The notes below the pieces were generated by a model. The model searched no databases, was not told the DNA's origin, and saw only the letters and a program-made list of their open reading frames with translations. A stretch of DNA of 64,000 bases, from the NCBI GenBank assembly GCA_965649205.1, contig CBFGJV010000006.1, forward strand, positions 26,015 to 90,014. The letters run 5' to 3'. Origin of the DNA: a candidate division WOR-3 bacterium (lineage in GTDB: Bacteria > Hydrothermota > Tepidihabitantia > Tepidihabitantales > Tepidihabitantaceae). Positions 39,764 through 49,275 of the stretch are shown piece after piece. A program made the position numbers and the translations under genes. Each line of letters starts with the position of its first letter. Positions within the stretch are counted from its first letter, which is position 1.

Positions 39764-40807
39764 TTATCTGTCTGCATCGCCGGGCTGGCTCTGGCTTTCC
39801 TGCCTGCGCCCGGAATCTAACTTGGGGAAAAAGGCCTCATCGGCCCGAAAAAACTGCGGAACTGTTATCCAGCTTCTCACCTTCCGACCCTCTTTTATGG
39901 CCGGTCGAAATTTGGCCCTTTGTACATTGAGCAAGGCAATCGTGTCCAGAAACCTGACTCCGCTGGAACGCTCAAGTTCCAACCGGGAAACAGACCCATC
40001 TGGTTCTATCAGCGCCCTGACGAGAACAGTAGCCGTGTCTTCAGGTTTTACTCTGGGCAACTCGGCAATACTGACAACCTCTGCCGGCTGGTCAACCGGT
40101 GCCGGTATCGGCAAAGGCAAAACTGCAGAAGGTTTCTCCGCCGGTGTACTTACACCTCGAGCAACTGTTACAGCTCCCTTTTCGGACGCAATCCGCACCT
40201 TTGCTACAGTGACCACCGCTTCTGGTTGAGAATCTGTGCCTGGTGCACTAGTGGCGGAGTGATATTCACGGCGAGAAGGCTGACTCTCAACCTCCGCCTC
40301 TGTCCTGTTTTCATAGTCTTTTACAGCGGAAACTACATTTTTCAACGACTCTGGAGCCCTCCTACCACGACCAGATTCCTCCGTCAGTGACATAGAATCC
40401 GGCGTGCGTGACGCTGTCCCGTCGACACCCGGTTTCTGCGTTCCGCTCCATAACTGCCACCCGATAACCGCCAGAACCACTATAACCGCCAGCCCGCCAG
40501 CCAAGACTGCTACCCGAAACCACGAAAACACCGGTTCGAATGTCTGGTGAAGTCGTCTCCTGCCCATCCCGCGGATACGTTTCCACACCTGTTGTCTGTG
40601 CCAGTCCCAGTAGTCATCAGCCAATTCCGGGCCGGTGTCTCTCTCCTTCACTAATCGGTACAGGGTTTCCAGTGTCGCCAGCTCGGCCCGACAGCCCGCA
40701 CAAACCCGCAGGTGTTCCTCCACTCGTAACCTGTGAATGGTATCCAGCTCTCCATCCAGATAGGCTCCCAACCATTGCAAACAACTCTGACAGTCGTGCT
40801 TCATCAC
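39764..40807 (-). CDS. Anti-sigma factor (zinc-finger N-domain) with TM helix and TonB C-terminal-like domain
   Basis: The N-terminus has CQSCLQW…HLRVCAGC (HxxxCxxC zinc-binding anti-sigma motif). A TM helix (VAVLAGGLAVIVVLAVIGW) and a Pro/Ala-rich linker follow. The C-terminus (LVRALIEPDGSVSRLELERSSGVRFLDTIALLNVQRAKFRP) resembles TonB-C. Overlaps the sigma gene by 4 nt. Confidence 0.7.
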   Translation of the reverse strand: MMKHDCQSCLQWLGAYLDGELDTIHRLRVEEHLRVCAGCRAELATLETLYRLVKERDTGPELADDYWDWHRQQVWKRIRGMGRRRLHQTFEPVFSWFRVAVLAGGLAVIVVLAVIGWQLWSGTQKPGVDGTASRTPDSMSLTEESGRGRRAPESLKNVVSAVKDYENRTEAEVESQPSRREYHSATSAPGTDSQPEAVVTVAKVRIASEKGAVTVARGVSTPAEKPSAVLPLPIPAPVDQPAEVVSIAELPRVKPEDTATVLVRALIEPDGSVSRLELERSSGVRFLDTIALLNVQRAKFRPAIKEGRKVRSWITVPQFFRADEAFFPKLDSGRRQESQSQPGDADR

Positions 40808-41373
40808 GATGGTAAATAGTCTTTCAACAATTCTCGCAACTTAAGCCGTGCCCGGTTGAGACGGGACATCACCGTCCCAACCGGAATCCTCAAAGAGTGT
40901 GCTATTTCACTGTAGCTCAATTCATCCCTGACGCGCAATACGAAAACCGCTCGCTGGTCAGGAGGTAGCCGGGTTAGAGCTCTGTCCAAGTCACGGGAAA
41001 GCTCCGCCTCGGCTGGAGACCCTGCCGGATCTGGTACGTCCTGCCATTCCGCCCCGGCTTCACCCGCAGGCAACGGTACGGTGCGCTGCTGTCTGTTACG
41101 TTTGAAATGGTTCATGCACAAATTCACGCAGATACGGTGCAACCAGGTGTAGAATCGGTAATGTTCGTCGTACCGACCTATAGCGCGATAGGCGCGCACG
41201 AAGGTCTCCTGACAAATGTCTTCTGCATCCGGGTGGCTGCGTACCAGCGAATAAGCCAACCGATAAATAGCTTGATTGTATCGTCTCATGAGTTCATCGA
41301 AAGCCCGGGTATCGCCTTTCTGCACCAGCCGGATAAGTTCCAGGTCCGACACTGTGCCTTGTGGTTCACCCAT
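40804..41373 (-). CDS. ECF (group IV) RNA polymerase sigma factor
   Basis: Sigma-70 region 2 (FDELMRRYNQAIYRLAYSLV…DICQETFVRAY) and region 4 (LSYSEIAHSLRIPVGTVMSRLNRARLKLR). Confidence 0.88.
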   Translation of the reverse strand: MGEPQGTVSDLELIRLVQKGDTRAFDELMRRYNQAIYRLAYSLVRSHPDAEDICQETFVRAYRAIGRYDEHYRFYTWLHRICVNLCMNHFKRNRQQRTVPLPAGEAGAEWQDVPDPAGSPAEAELSRDLDRALTRLPPDQRAVFVLRVRDELSYSEIAHSLRIPVGTVMSRLNRARLKLRELLKDYLPS

Positions 41374-41380
41374 ATATATT

Positions 41381-41406
41381 TACGATTGTACCGCTGCAAT
41401 TATTCC
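41381..41406 (-). promoter_or_regulatory. Candidate ECF-type promoter (GGAAT-N17-CGTA) immediately upstream of the ECF sigma gene
   Basis: The minus-strand sequence GGGAATAATTGCAGCGGTACAATCGTAAATATATATG fits the AAC/GGAAT…CGT pattern of ECF-dependent promoters. It lies very close to the start codon, so the transcript may be leaderless. Confidence 0.25.
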
Positions 41407-41427
41407 CTGATAAGTGACGGCCCATCT

Positions 41428-41461
41428 TGTAAAAAAGACAAACCGCTTCCTGGTGAAGCGG
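41428..41461 (-). terminator. Rho-independent terminator after secY
   Basis: On the minus-strand transcript: CCGCTTC-ACCAG-GAAGCGG (7-bp perfect stem) followed by TTTGTCTTTTTTAC. Confidence 0.55.
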
Positions 41462-41523
41462 CATCTGTGGGAACGAGTCTTTCTAGGTTTTCCGGCTGCA
41501 GCTTCCGTAGTCGTCAGTCCCGA

Positions 41524-42834
41524 CTAGCCGAACCTGCGTCCTTGGAACTTGCCGCCCTTGATTAATCCTTCGTAATGGCGCATAACCAGATGTGCTTCTA
41601 TCTGCTGTAGGGTATCCAGAGCCACACCCACAATAATCATCAGAGTTGTACCGCCAAAGTAAAAGGGAACCCTGAATACGTTCATCAGATACAAGGGCAG
41701 AAGCGCCATAACCACCAGAAAAAGAGCCCCAGGCAGAGTGATAAGAGACAGCCGCCGGTCTATGTAACGGGCCGTATTCTCACCCGGCCTGATTCCGGGA
41801 ATAAACCCTCCATACCGCTGCATGTTATCAGCCAAGTCCAGAGGATTAAATACTACCGAAGTATAAAAGTAGGTGAAAAAGATAATCAGCGCTGCAAACA
41901 GCAGATTATATAGCCATCCGCCAGCAGACAGAATGCTGGCCAGTGTTTGGAAAAACGGAAGTTTGATAAGTCCCGCCAAGGTGGAAGGAAACACCACCAG
42001 ACTCTGAGCAAAAATAATGGGGATCACCCCAGCGGTGACCACGCGCAAAGGAATGTGAGTTGACTGTCCCCCGTACATCTTGCGGCCGACAATGCGCTTC
42101 GGATACTGAACCGGTATCTTGCGTACGGCCATCGTCATCATTACCACACCGGCATACACGCCAAACACCATAAGACCAATGATGATGAGCGCCAGCCAGG
42201 AAAGCTCGCCTGCCCGCACCATGGCAAAGGCTCGACCAATATCAGCTGGAGTAGAATCCAGACAACCTACAAGTATCAGGAAAGAAATACCGTTGCCAAT
42301 TCCCCGGTCCGTTATCTGCTCGCCCAGCCACATAACAAATATGGTACCGGCGGTAAGAGTGAAAACTGTCATCAGACGAAAGAAAAAGCCCGGGTTCATC
42401 ACGATGGGTCCGAATGCGGTCGGCGCCTGATTCTCCAGGTAAACTGCAATGCTGGCCGATTGAATAATAGCCAGCCCAACCGTGGCATAACGAGTGTATT
42501 GGTTTATCTTCTTACGCCCTTCTTCATCGCGCTGCAGCTTTTCCAAATAGGGAAAAACCGAACCCATGAGCTGGAAAATAATGGAAGCGGAGATGTAAGG
42601 CATCACCCCTAACGCAAACACCGAAGCACGGGAAAGCGCACCCCCTACAAAAATGTCGTACAGACCGAACACTGTCCCCCGCAACTGACCCAGAAGATAA
42701 CCCAGAGCCTGACCATTGATACCGGGTACTGGGACATGAGTACCTAACCGGTAGACCACTATCATGGCCAGAGTAAAAATTATCTTCTTACGCAGATCTG
42801 GAATCTTGAATATATTGGGAGCGCTGCCCAGCAT
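41524..42834 (-). CDS. secY: Preprotein translocase subunit SecY
   Basis: 436 aa, 10 TM. Conserved IPLRVVTAGVIPIIFA and the N-terminal LRKKIIFTLAMIVVYRLG. Confidence 0.92.
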   Translation of the reverse strand: MLGSAPNIFKIPDLRKKIIFTLAMIVVYRLGTHVPVPGINGQALGYLLGQLRGTVFGLYDIFVGGALSRASVFALGVMPYISASIIFQLMGSVFPYLEKLQRDEEGRKKINQYTRYATVGLAIIQSASIAVYLENQAPTAFGPIVMNPGFFFRLMTVFTLTAGTIFVMWLGEQITDRGIGNGISFLILVGCLDSTPADIGRAFAMVRAGELSWLALIIIGLMVFGVYAGVVMMTMAVRKIPVQYPKRIVGRKMYGGQSTHIPLRVVTAGVIPIIFAQSLVVFPSTLAGLIKLPFFQTLASILSAGGWLYNLLFAALIIFFTYFYTSVVFNPLDLADNMQRYGGFIPGIRPGENTARYIDRRLSLITLPGALFLVVMALLPLYLMNVFRVPFYFGGTTLMIIVGVALDTLQQIEAHLVMRHYEGLIKGGKFQGRRFG

Positions 42835-42839
42835 CTCAG

Positions 42840-43292
42840 TTACTTCCCTGCCGCAATGGGCACTACTTCAGCTTTGCCGCCAACCGCTTCGATCTTTTCT
42901 TTCGCCGTCTTGGAAAAAGCGTGAGCCTGCACCACAATTGGCCCGGCCAACTCTCCGTCTCCAAGTATCTTAACCCGGTTGCCGCGCTTCACCACGCCCC
43001 GCTCGCGCAATACTTCGGGGGTAATCTTGTCAGTCTGCATCTTGGCCAGACTGGCCAGATTCACCACCTCGTATTCCTGCCGGCAGTAATTCTTAAATCC
43101 CCGTTTGGGGATGCGGCGATAGAAAGGCATTTGGCCGCCCTCAAAGCGGGCGTCAAATTCAGGTGCAGAATGTTGACCTGCGCCTTTGTGGCCCCGGCCT
43201 GAAGTCTTGCCGTGACCAGACCCCGGCCCACAACCGCGCCGCTTACGTCGCTTGGTCGCTCCGGGATTAGGAGACAACTCTACCAGTCTCAC
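42840..43292 (-). CDS. rplO: 50S ribosomal protein L15
   Basis: Gly/Arg-rich N-terminus (KRRKRRGCGPGSGHGKTSGRGHKG). 150 aa. GTG start. Confidence 0.9.
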   Translation of the reverse strand: MRLVELSPNPGATKRRKRRGCGPGSGHGKTSGRGHKGAGQHSAPEFDARFEGGQMPFYRRIPKRGFKNYCRQEYEVVNLASLAKMQTDKITPEVLRERGVVKRGNRVKILGDGELAGPIVVQAHAFSKTAKEKIEAVGGKAEVVPIAAGK

Positions 43293-43467
43293 AATTCCTC
43301 CACCTTTACCAGGTGCTTAACCTTGAACAACATACCTCTAATAAGCGGTTCATCTCTGTGCACGCGCACCATCCCCCTTCGCCGCAAACCCAGGGCCAGA
43401 GCCGTCTTTCTGACCCCCGGTTTCTGATCAATCAGGCTACGCACCAGTGTAACTTTCAACTGTTTCA
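43289..43467 (-). CDS. rpmD: 50S ribosomal protein L30 (59 aa; below the ORF-track size cutoff)
   Basis: Manual translation [59 protein letters not shown] aligns with E. coli L30. Confidence 0.8.
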
Positions 43468-44000
43468 TGAGCTCTTTCCCTTTTCACAAAATGAGAAATC
43501 GGCTTGTTGCAGGCACGGGCCACCTGGTCGATGGTACGAAGTTTCTTCAGCGCAATAATTGTGGCGCGCGCCGTACTGTAGGGATTGCGCGACCCCAGAG
43601 ACTTAGATAAGGCATCCTTCAGCCCCACCGCTTCCAGCACTGCGCGTACGTGACTGCAAGCAATCAGACCGGTACCAGCTGCTGCCGGTCTTACCAACAC
43701 CTTGCTAGCCCGGAACTTACCATAGGTTTCATGCGGTATCGTACGACCCTTGACTGAAACCTTGACCATATCTTTCTTGGCACGGGCTGTAGCCTTGCGC
43801 ACCGCAGCCGCCACTTCGGACGACTTGCCATGACCCAACCCCACCTGACCCGCACCGTCTCCTACGACAACCGCGGCGGAAAGCTTCATCCGCTTGCCGC
43901 CTTTCACAACCTTGGATACGCGCTTTATGTCTATAACCCGTTCAATGAGCTCTTGCTCAGGCAGGCTCAGTTCGTTTTCGGTATCGTGCTGTTCAATCAA
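43437..44000 (-). CDS. rpsE: 30S ribosomal protein S5
   Basis: [34 protein letters not shown]… is the S5 dsRBD/S5 domain. A C-terminal extension overlaps rpmD by 31 nt. Confidence 0.9.
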   Translation of the reverse strand: MIEQHDTENELSLPEQELIERVIDIKRVSKVVKGGKRMKLSAAVVVGDGAGQVGLGHGKSSEVAAAVRKATARAKKDMVKVSVKGRTIPHETYGKFRASKVLVRPAAAGTGLIACSHVRAVLEAVGLKDALSKSLGSRNPYSTARATIIALKKLRTIDQVARACNKPISHFVKRERAHETVESYTGA

Positions 44001-44389
44001 AACTTCAGTCCTCCTTCGCGCGCGCCATCAGCCACAGCCTTTACGCGACCGTGATAATTATAGCCCGCGCGGTCAAAAACCACGGCGGTTATGCCCAGCT
44101 CTTTTGCTTTAGCCGCAATTAACCGCCCTACTTCCTTGGCCGCTTCCATCCGCTTCAGCTTTTTCTCTCTTATCGCCGGTGTCAAAGAAGAAACACCGGT
44201 CAGAACCCTACTTGCGGAATCATCCACCAGTTGGGCAAACATATTGGCATTACTACGCTTTACGCAAAGACGGGGACGCTCGGCTGTGCCGACCACCCGC
44301 TTGCGTATATGCAGGTGACGTCTTTTTCTGGGATTCCGAATCATTCTGGCAATACTATCCGAAAAACCATTTTTGTCAACCTCATTCAA
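43997..44389 (-). CDS. rplR: 50S ribosomal protein L18 (the true start may be the internal Met at about 44344)
   Basis: [37 protein letters not shown]…[26 protein letters not shown] aligns with E. coli L18. Confidence 0.85.
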   Translation of the reverse strand: MNEVDKNGFSDSIARMIRNPRKRRHLHIRKRVVGTAERPRLCVKRSNANMFAQLVDDSASRVLTGVSSLTPAIREKKLKRMEAAKEVGRLIAAKAKELGITAVVFDRAGYNYHGRVKAVADGAREGGLKF

Positions 44390-45333
44390 TCCAACGTCTG
44401 GGCGAGTATCCGAAATATCAACTCATCATAGGAAATGCCTGCAGCCTGGGCCTCGGCCGGCAGGTCCGACATATCTGTAAGACCGGGAAGCGTGTTAATC
44501 TCCAGAAAATAGGGATGTTTTCCATCTTTTACTATCAGGTCCAGTCGGGCAAACCCGCGGCAGCCTATCAAGCGGAAAGCCTCCAACGCCATTTCTGATA
44601 CCCGTTCCGCAGTTTTCGCGTCCAGACGTGCCGGAACAATGAACTCTGTTTCTCCTCGCGTATACTTTGCCTGAAAATCGTAGAACTGCTGCCGCTTGGG
44701 TACCAGCTCCAGAATAGGTAGTGCCTTGTCCTCCAGAATGCCCACTGTAGCAATCATACCAGATATGAAAGGTTCAATGATAATGTCGCCGTAGCCCCGG
44801 TGCACCTTCAGGCAGATATCTTCTGCCCCTCTCTTGCCAGAAATTACCTCCACGCCCACACTTGAACCTTCGGAACGGGGCTTGACAATCATCGGATAAC
44901 CAAATTTCTTTTCTGCTGTAACAAGTGCTGGCGCAATCTCCTGTTCGGTACGCACGGCCACAAAGTCAGGAGTGGGGATACCCGCCTGCCTGAGCAGCAT
45001 TTTCGTCAGCAACTTATCCATTCCAACGGCCGAGGCGGTAACGCCGGAACCGGTATAGGGTATTCCCTCCAACTCGAGGAAACCCTGGATGGTACCGTCC
45101 TCGCCCGGGCGGCCATGCAGAATAACAAACGCAATGTCAATCTTCGCTTTCTTTATCTGAGTGGCAAAACCCCGCGTGATGTCTATGCCGATGCCAGTCA
45201 AACCTTGGTCAGCCAGAGACTTCAACACCCGTTGACCAGAACGGAGAGAAATTTCTCTCTCGCTCGACCACCCGCCCATAAGGACGCCGATCCGGCGCTT
45301 TCTCAACCTGCGCAACAAATCGCTTCTACTCAT
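44386..45333 (-). CDS. ddl: D-alanine--D-alanine ligase
   Basis: ATP-grasp. Contains [31 protein letters not shown] and [10 protein letters not shown]. Confidence 0.88.
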   Translation of the reverse strand: MSRSDLLRRLRKRRIGVLMGGWSSEREISLRSGQRVLKSLADQGLTGIGIDITRGFATQIKKAKIDIAFVILHGRPGEDGTIQGFLELEGIPYTGSGVTASAVGMDKLLTKMLLRQAGIPTPDFVAVRTEQEIAPALVTAEKKFGYPMIVKPRSEGSSVGVEVISGKRGAEDICLKVHRGYGDIIIEPFISGMIATVGILEDKALPILELVPKRQQFYDFQAKYTRGETEFIVPARLDAKTAERVSEMALEAFRLIGCRGFARLDLIVKDGKHPYFLEINTLPGLTDMSDLPAEAQAAGISYDELIFRILAQTLD

Positions 45334-45372
45334 AGTGTCTCACCTCTTCAGCATAAAGAACGAGTCCATATT

Positions 45373-46740
45373 CTACCATACCCCGGTTTTCAAATACTCG
45401 TCTATGGAATTCGCCGCCAATCGGCCGGCGCCCATCGCCAGAATAACCGTTGCCGCACCTATCACTATATCTCCGCCAGCGAAAACACCCTTCTTGGAGG
45501 TCCTGCCGGTCTTGGGATCGGCTACAATCGTGCCCCATTTGGATATCTCCAGACCAGGTGTTGTCTGCGGGATCAGCGGATTAGGACCGTTGCCGATCGC
45601 AACCACAACGGTGTCAACAGGAATACGAAACTCCGAACCGGGAATAGGAACTGGCCGTCTGCGACCGGACGCATCCGGTTCCCCCAGCTCCATCCGCAAA
45701 CACTCTATCTCCCTCACCCACCCTTTTTCGTCTGTAACGTACCGCACGGGATTGGTCAGAAATAAGAATTCTATCCCTTCTTCCTCAGCGTGATGTATCT
45801 CCGCTGCTCGTGCCGGCATCTCCTCCCTGGACCGTCGGTAGATTACAAGGGACCGCTCTGCTCCCAGTCGCAACGCGGTACGAGCTGCATCCATAGCCAC
45901 ATTTCCGCCACCAATGGTTGCCACTTGCCTGCCCCGCACTATGGGCGTGTCATAATAGGGAAATAGATAAGCCTTCATAAGATTGGAACGGGTCAGGTAT
46001 TCATTAGCGGAATAAATACCCAGAGCATTTTCTCCTGGTATCCCCATAAACCAAGGGCGGCCCGCGCCAGTCCCGATAAACACCGCATCAAATTCCTCCA
46101 GCAGCTCATCCACCGTCTTCGTCATGCCCACCACGTAATTCAATACCAGCTTGGCACCGGTGCGGCACACAAAATCAACTTCTCGCTGTACTATCGCTTT
46201 GGGCAAACGGAATTCCGGTATGCCATACACCAGAACTCCACCCGGTTTATGCAAAGCTTCAAAAATGGTTACCTCGTGTCCCAGTTTCAGACAATCACCA
46301 GCCACGGTCAACCCGGCAGGCCCTGAACCTACTACTGCCACATTCTTCCCGGTCGGAGGCAACTTCTCGCACATCACGCATTCTGCCTGCTCTGCTTCCC
46401 AATCGGCGATGAACCGTTCCAGATTGCCGATAGCCACCGGTTCCATCTTCTTGCCCAAAACGCACTCACCTTCGCATTGCGTCTCCTGAGGGCAGACTCG
46501 TCCGCATATAGCCGGCAGCACATTCGTCCGTTTCATTATCTTCATCGCCTCCAGGAAGGCACCCTCGGCAATCTGACTCACGAACCCCGGTATGTCCACT
46601 TCTACCGGACAACCCTTCACACAGGAAGGCTTTCGACACTGCAGACACCTCTGGGCTTCGGCTATGGCTTCTTCCGGCGTATATCCGTACGGCACCTCGT
46701 CAAAATTACGTGCCCTCAGCTTGGGGTCCTGCTCTCGCAT
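45373..46740 (-). CDS. nfnB: NADPH-dependent glutamate synthase beta-chain-like oxidoreductase (NfnB/SudA-type). Start taken at the internal Met (MREQDPKLRARNFDEVPYGY)
   Basis: Two N-terminal Cys clusters (CLQCRKPSCVKGCPV, CGRVCPQETQCEGEC). FAD/NAD(P) Rossmann motifs (VAVVGSGPAGL, VATIGGGNVAMD). The ORF-track start at 46821 would overlap nfnA by 59 nt. Confidence 0.8.
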   Translation of the reverse strand: MREQDPKLRARNFDEVPYGYTPEEAIAEAQRCLQCRKPSCVKGCPVEVDIPGFVSQIAEGAFLEAMKIMKRTNVLPAICGRVCPQETQCEGECVLGKKMEPVAIGNLERFIADWEAEQAECVMCEKLPPTGKNVAVVGSGPAGLTVAGDCLKLGHEVTIFEALHKPGGVLVYGIPEFRLPKAIVQREVDFVCRTGAKLVLNYVVGMTKTVDELLEEFDAVFIGTGAGRPWFMGIPGENALGIYSANEYLTRSNLMKAYLFPYYDTPIVRGRQVATIGGGNVAMDAARTALRLGAERSLVIYRRSREEMPARAAEIHHAEEEGIEFLFLTNPVRYVTDEKGWVREIECLRMELGEPDASGRRRPVPIPGSEFRIPVDTVVVAIGNGPNPLIPQTTPGLEISKWGTIVADPKTGRTSKKGVFAGGDIVIGAATVILAMGAGRLAANSIDEYLKTGVW

Positions 46741-46762
46741 CGGCGTACGTTTGGGATTTGGT

Positions 46763-47638
46763 CTAGCCACGACAACCGCCCTTTCCGCCGCAGCAACTGC
46801 GCTTGGCCTGCCGCGTTTCAAACATCTCCAGAGACTGTTTCTCTTCAGGCAGGTACAGTTGCAAACGCTGCATCAGCAAATCAAAGTCAACTTTGTGGCC
46901 GTCAAACTCCGGCCCGTCAACACAGGCCAGCCTGGTCTCGCCATCCACCTCCACCCGACATGCGCCGCACATTCCGGTCGCGTCCAGCATAATAGGATTG
47001 AGACTGACAACGGTGGGAATCGCATACGGCTGGGTCAGCTTGGAAACCATTTTCATCATTATCACCGGCCCTACCGCAAATACCCGGTCTACTTTCCTGC
47101 CACGTTCAATCACCGCTTTCAGAGCATCAGTCACAAGACCTTTCTGACCATAACTACCATCATCTGTCATCACTATGAGCTCATCTGAGACTTTTCTCAT
47201 TTCCTCTTCCATCATACGCAGACCGCCATGACGGAAACCGAGTATGGAAACAACGTAGTTTCCCGCTTGCTTCAACCCCCGCGCCACCGGGTAAATCTCC
47301 GGAGTACCCACTCCTCCGGCAACGCACACTACGGTTCCAAAATTTCTGATGTCTGTGGGTCTGCCTAGCGGACCAATGAAGTCAAGAATAGAATCCCCCG
47401 CTTCTAAAGTGCCCAGAAGCTTGGTCGACTTGCCAACTTCCTGAAATACTATGACCACCACCCCCTCATCTGGTCGCAAATCGCCAATAGTTAAAGGGAT
47501 TCTTTCGCCCTGCTCGTGTATACGCAGCACCACAAATTGACCCGGCCTGGCTTTGCGGGCTATTTCTGGTGCCTCCAAATCCATTCTTTTAATACCGGGC
47601 GCCAGAACTTCCTTTCGCAGTATTTTAGTCAAATGCAC
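46763..47638 (-). CDS. nfnA: Ferredoxin-NADP+ reductase-like subunit (NfnA/SudB; PyrK-like, [2Fe-2S])
   Basis: FAD-binding FNR-like fold (RPGQFVVLRI…) and the C-terminal Cys cluster CGACRVEVDGETRLACVDG. Confidence 0.8.
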   Translation of the reverse strand: MHLTKILRKEVLAPGIKRMDLEAPEIARKARPGQFVVLRIHEQGERIPLTIGDLRPDEGVVVIVFQEVGKSTKLLGTLEAGDSILDFIGPLGRPTDIRNFGTVVCVAGGVGTPEIYPVARGLKQAGNYVVSILGFRHGGLRMMEEEMRKVSDELIVMTDDGSYGQKGLVTDALKAVIERGRKVDRVFAVGPVIMMKMVSKLTQPYAIPTVVSLNPIMLDATGMCGACRVEVDGETRLACVDGPEFDGHKVDFDLLMQRLQLYLPEEKQSLEMFETRQAKRSCCGGKGGCRG

Positions 47639-48132
47639 TCCTTCGAAACTTCCTCAAATAGACTGCAAATAATAAATGACTGCGCCGGCATACGCCGGCA
47701 CCTTCCGGAACAACCGTTTCTCTCAGTTAGCACCGGAAAACTGCCAAAGAGATACTGATTATACCGGCGGCCGGCTGTCGGTCAAGACCGCCCGACAAAA
47801 ACGCTCGTCGTAGTCGCCTGCTCAATGGGATGCAGCCTCAGCAGTACGCTATCAGCCACATATCAAAGGAATCTGCTGGTATGCTACAGGAACTGACCCG
47901 CCCGCCAGCCCAGCTCTGTTTCATGGCACCGGCCGACGCTCCTTCACGACCCGCAGAAAATGTATAGTCCGAACTCGCAGCAGAAGACAAACTTCCATCG
48001 GCTCACCAGCGCTGAAACTGCCAATCTGACTGCACATTCCCGTCTTCAAATAATGCTCATCAGTATTATTCTCCGTCTGGGCTTATTACCGACTAACTGC
48101 CTTACCAGCAATAAGATAGGCCAAACCACATC

Positions 48133-48185
48133 TTGCCCCCCCCTCCCCAGCCCCCCAGCCACTCCCCCAGTCGTTGCCTCCCCAA
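48133..48185 (-). repeat. G-tract cluster (C-rich on the + strand) fitting a G-quadruplex motif
   Basis: Minus strand: GGGGG-N7-GGGGGG-N2-GGGG-N1-GGGGGGGG. It lies in the 960-bp non-coding region between nfnA and secG. Confidence 0.3.
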
Positions 48186-48601
48186 CCTAATCTGTGGCTC
48201 TCAGGCATGGCATCTGACTCTCTCGCCCTGCCAACCACCCGGACGCATTCCCTACGATAGGACAGAACACTCAGAAAGCAGTCAGTCTGGTTCTCATCCG
48301 GGCCAAAATCAGTTTCAGGGGTATTGAAGAATACTGTGCCCCTCACCGACCAGTTTCGCCCATCAGGGTCTGGAGCAAAAAGCAGTTAACCTACAGGATA
48401 GGTTTCTGTTTGATTTGGTTGCAGGCCTACTGCATCGCAGGGACAAAACGCATCTGCATCTGACACTGTAATCTCTTTGTTTCCCTCGTCCTCGAGGACA
48501 AACTGACCATCTTCTTCGGGCGAAACCAGGTACGTCCTTGACTTCGCTTTCACTTATAGTAAGCTTCCAAATAAAGATAAAGATAATAAGGAGCAACCTC
48601 A

Positions 48602-48922
48602 ATGTACGGTGTTTTAATATTTATTCACCTGCTTGTGGCGGTGCTGCTGATTCTCGTGGTGCTCATACAACAACCACAGAAGGGAGGCATGGCTACCATC
48701 ATGGGCGGTGGAGAGACAATCTTTGGCGGCTCCGGGGCGGCGCCATTTATGACCAGACTGACTTCAATTCTGGCCATTCTTTTCATGCTGACTTCCATCG
48801 GTCTTGTCCTAACTTCGCCCAGCAGGGCCCGGACAGCAATCCCGACCCAGACCGTTCCTGCTGAAGCCACTCCGCCCCAGCCGGAACCAGAACAACCTGC
48901 TGTACCAACAGGAGGTGAATAG
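48602..48922 (+). CDS. secG: Preprotein translocase subunit SecG
   Basis: 106 aa with two TM helices. Contains LIQQPQKGGMATIMGGGETIFGG, the conserved SecG Gly-rich loop. AAGGAG SD. Confidence 0.75.
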   Translation: MYGVLIFIHLLVAVLLILVVLIQQPQKGGMATIMGGGETIFGGSGAAPFMTRLTSILAILFMLTSIGLVLTSPSRARTAIPTQTVPAEATPPQPEPEQPAVPTGGE

Positions 48923-49257
48923 TGTACGCAGTACTACGTATAGCCGGATTTCAATACCTGGTAAAGGAAGGCGATGTAGTTACGGTTCCACATCTCGGAC
49001 TAGAACCCGGGGCTCGTCTGCGCCTGGAGGACGTGCTTTTTCTCCGTACCGCCAACCAGGCCATCGCAGGACGCCCGCATGTGCCCGAACCGTCAGTAGA
49101 AGCAGAAGTTGTAGAAAACTTGCGTGGGCCCAAGCTGCATGCCTTCAAATTCCGCCGTCGTGAGAACTACAGACGCAAACTTGGGCACCGCCAGCTTCTT
49201 ACCAAGTTGCGCATCTCCAAGATAGACTATATGGCAGATTCAACCATCAAAGGCTAA
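48922..49257 (+). CDS. rplU: 50S ribosomal protein L21 (GTG start overlapping the secG stop by 1 nt)
   Basis: MYAVLRIAGFQYLVKEGDVVTVPHL… aligns with bL21 (MYAVIETGGKQYRV…). GGAGGT SD. Confidence 0.88.
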   Translation: MYAVLRIAGFQYLVKEGDVVTVPHLGLEPGARLRLEDVLFLRTANQAIAGRPHVPEPSVEAEVVENLRGPKLHAFKFRRRENYRRKLGHRQLLTKLRISKIDYMADSTIKG

Positions 49258-49275
49258 CCCCGAAGGAGGTAAGTA

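Noticed and set aside
48363-48602. A 79-aa minus-strand ORF ending at the secG start; also 47960-48190 and 48086-48346
   Set aside because: They are short, lack an RBS and have low complexity (Pro/Ser/Leu-rich). They overlap the probable secG promoter.
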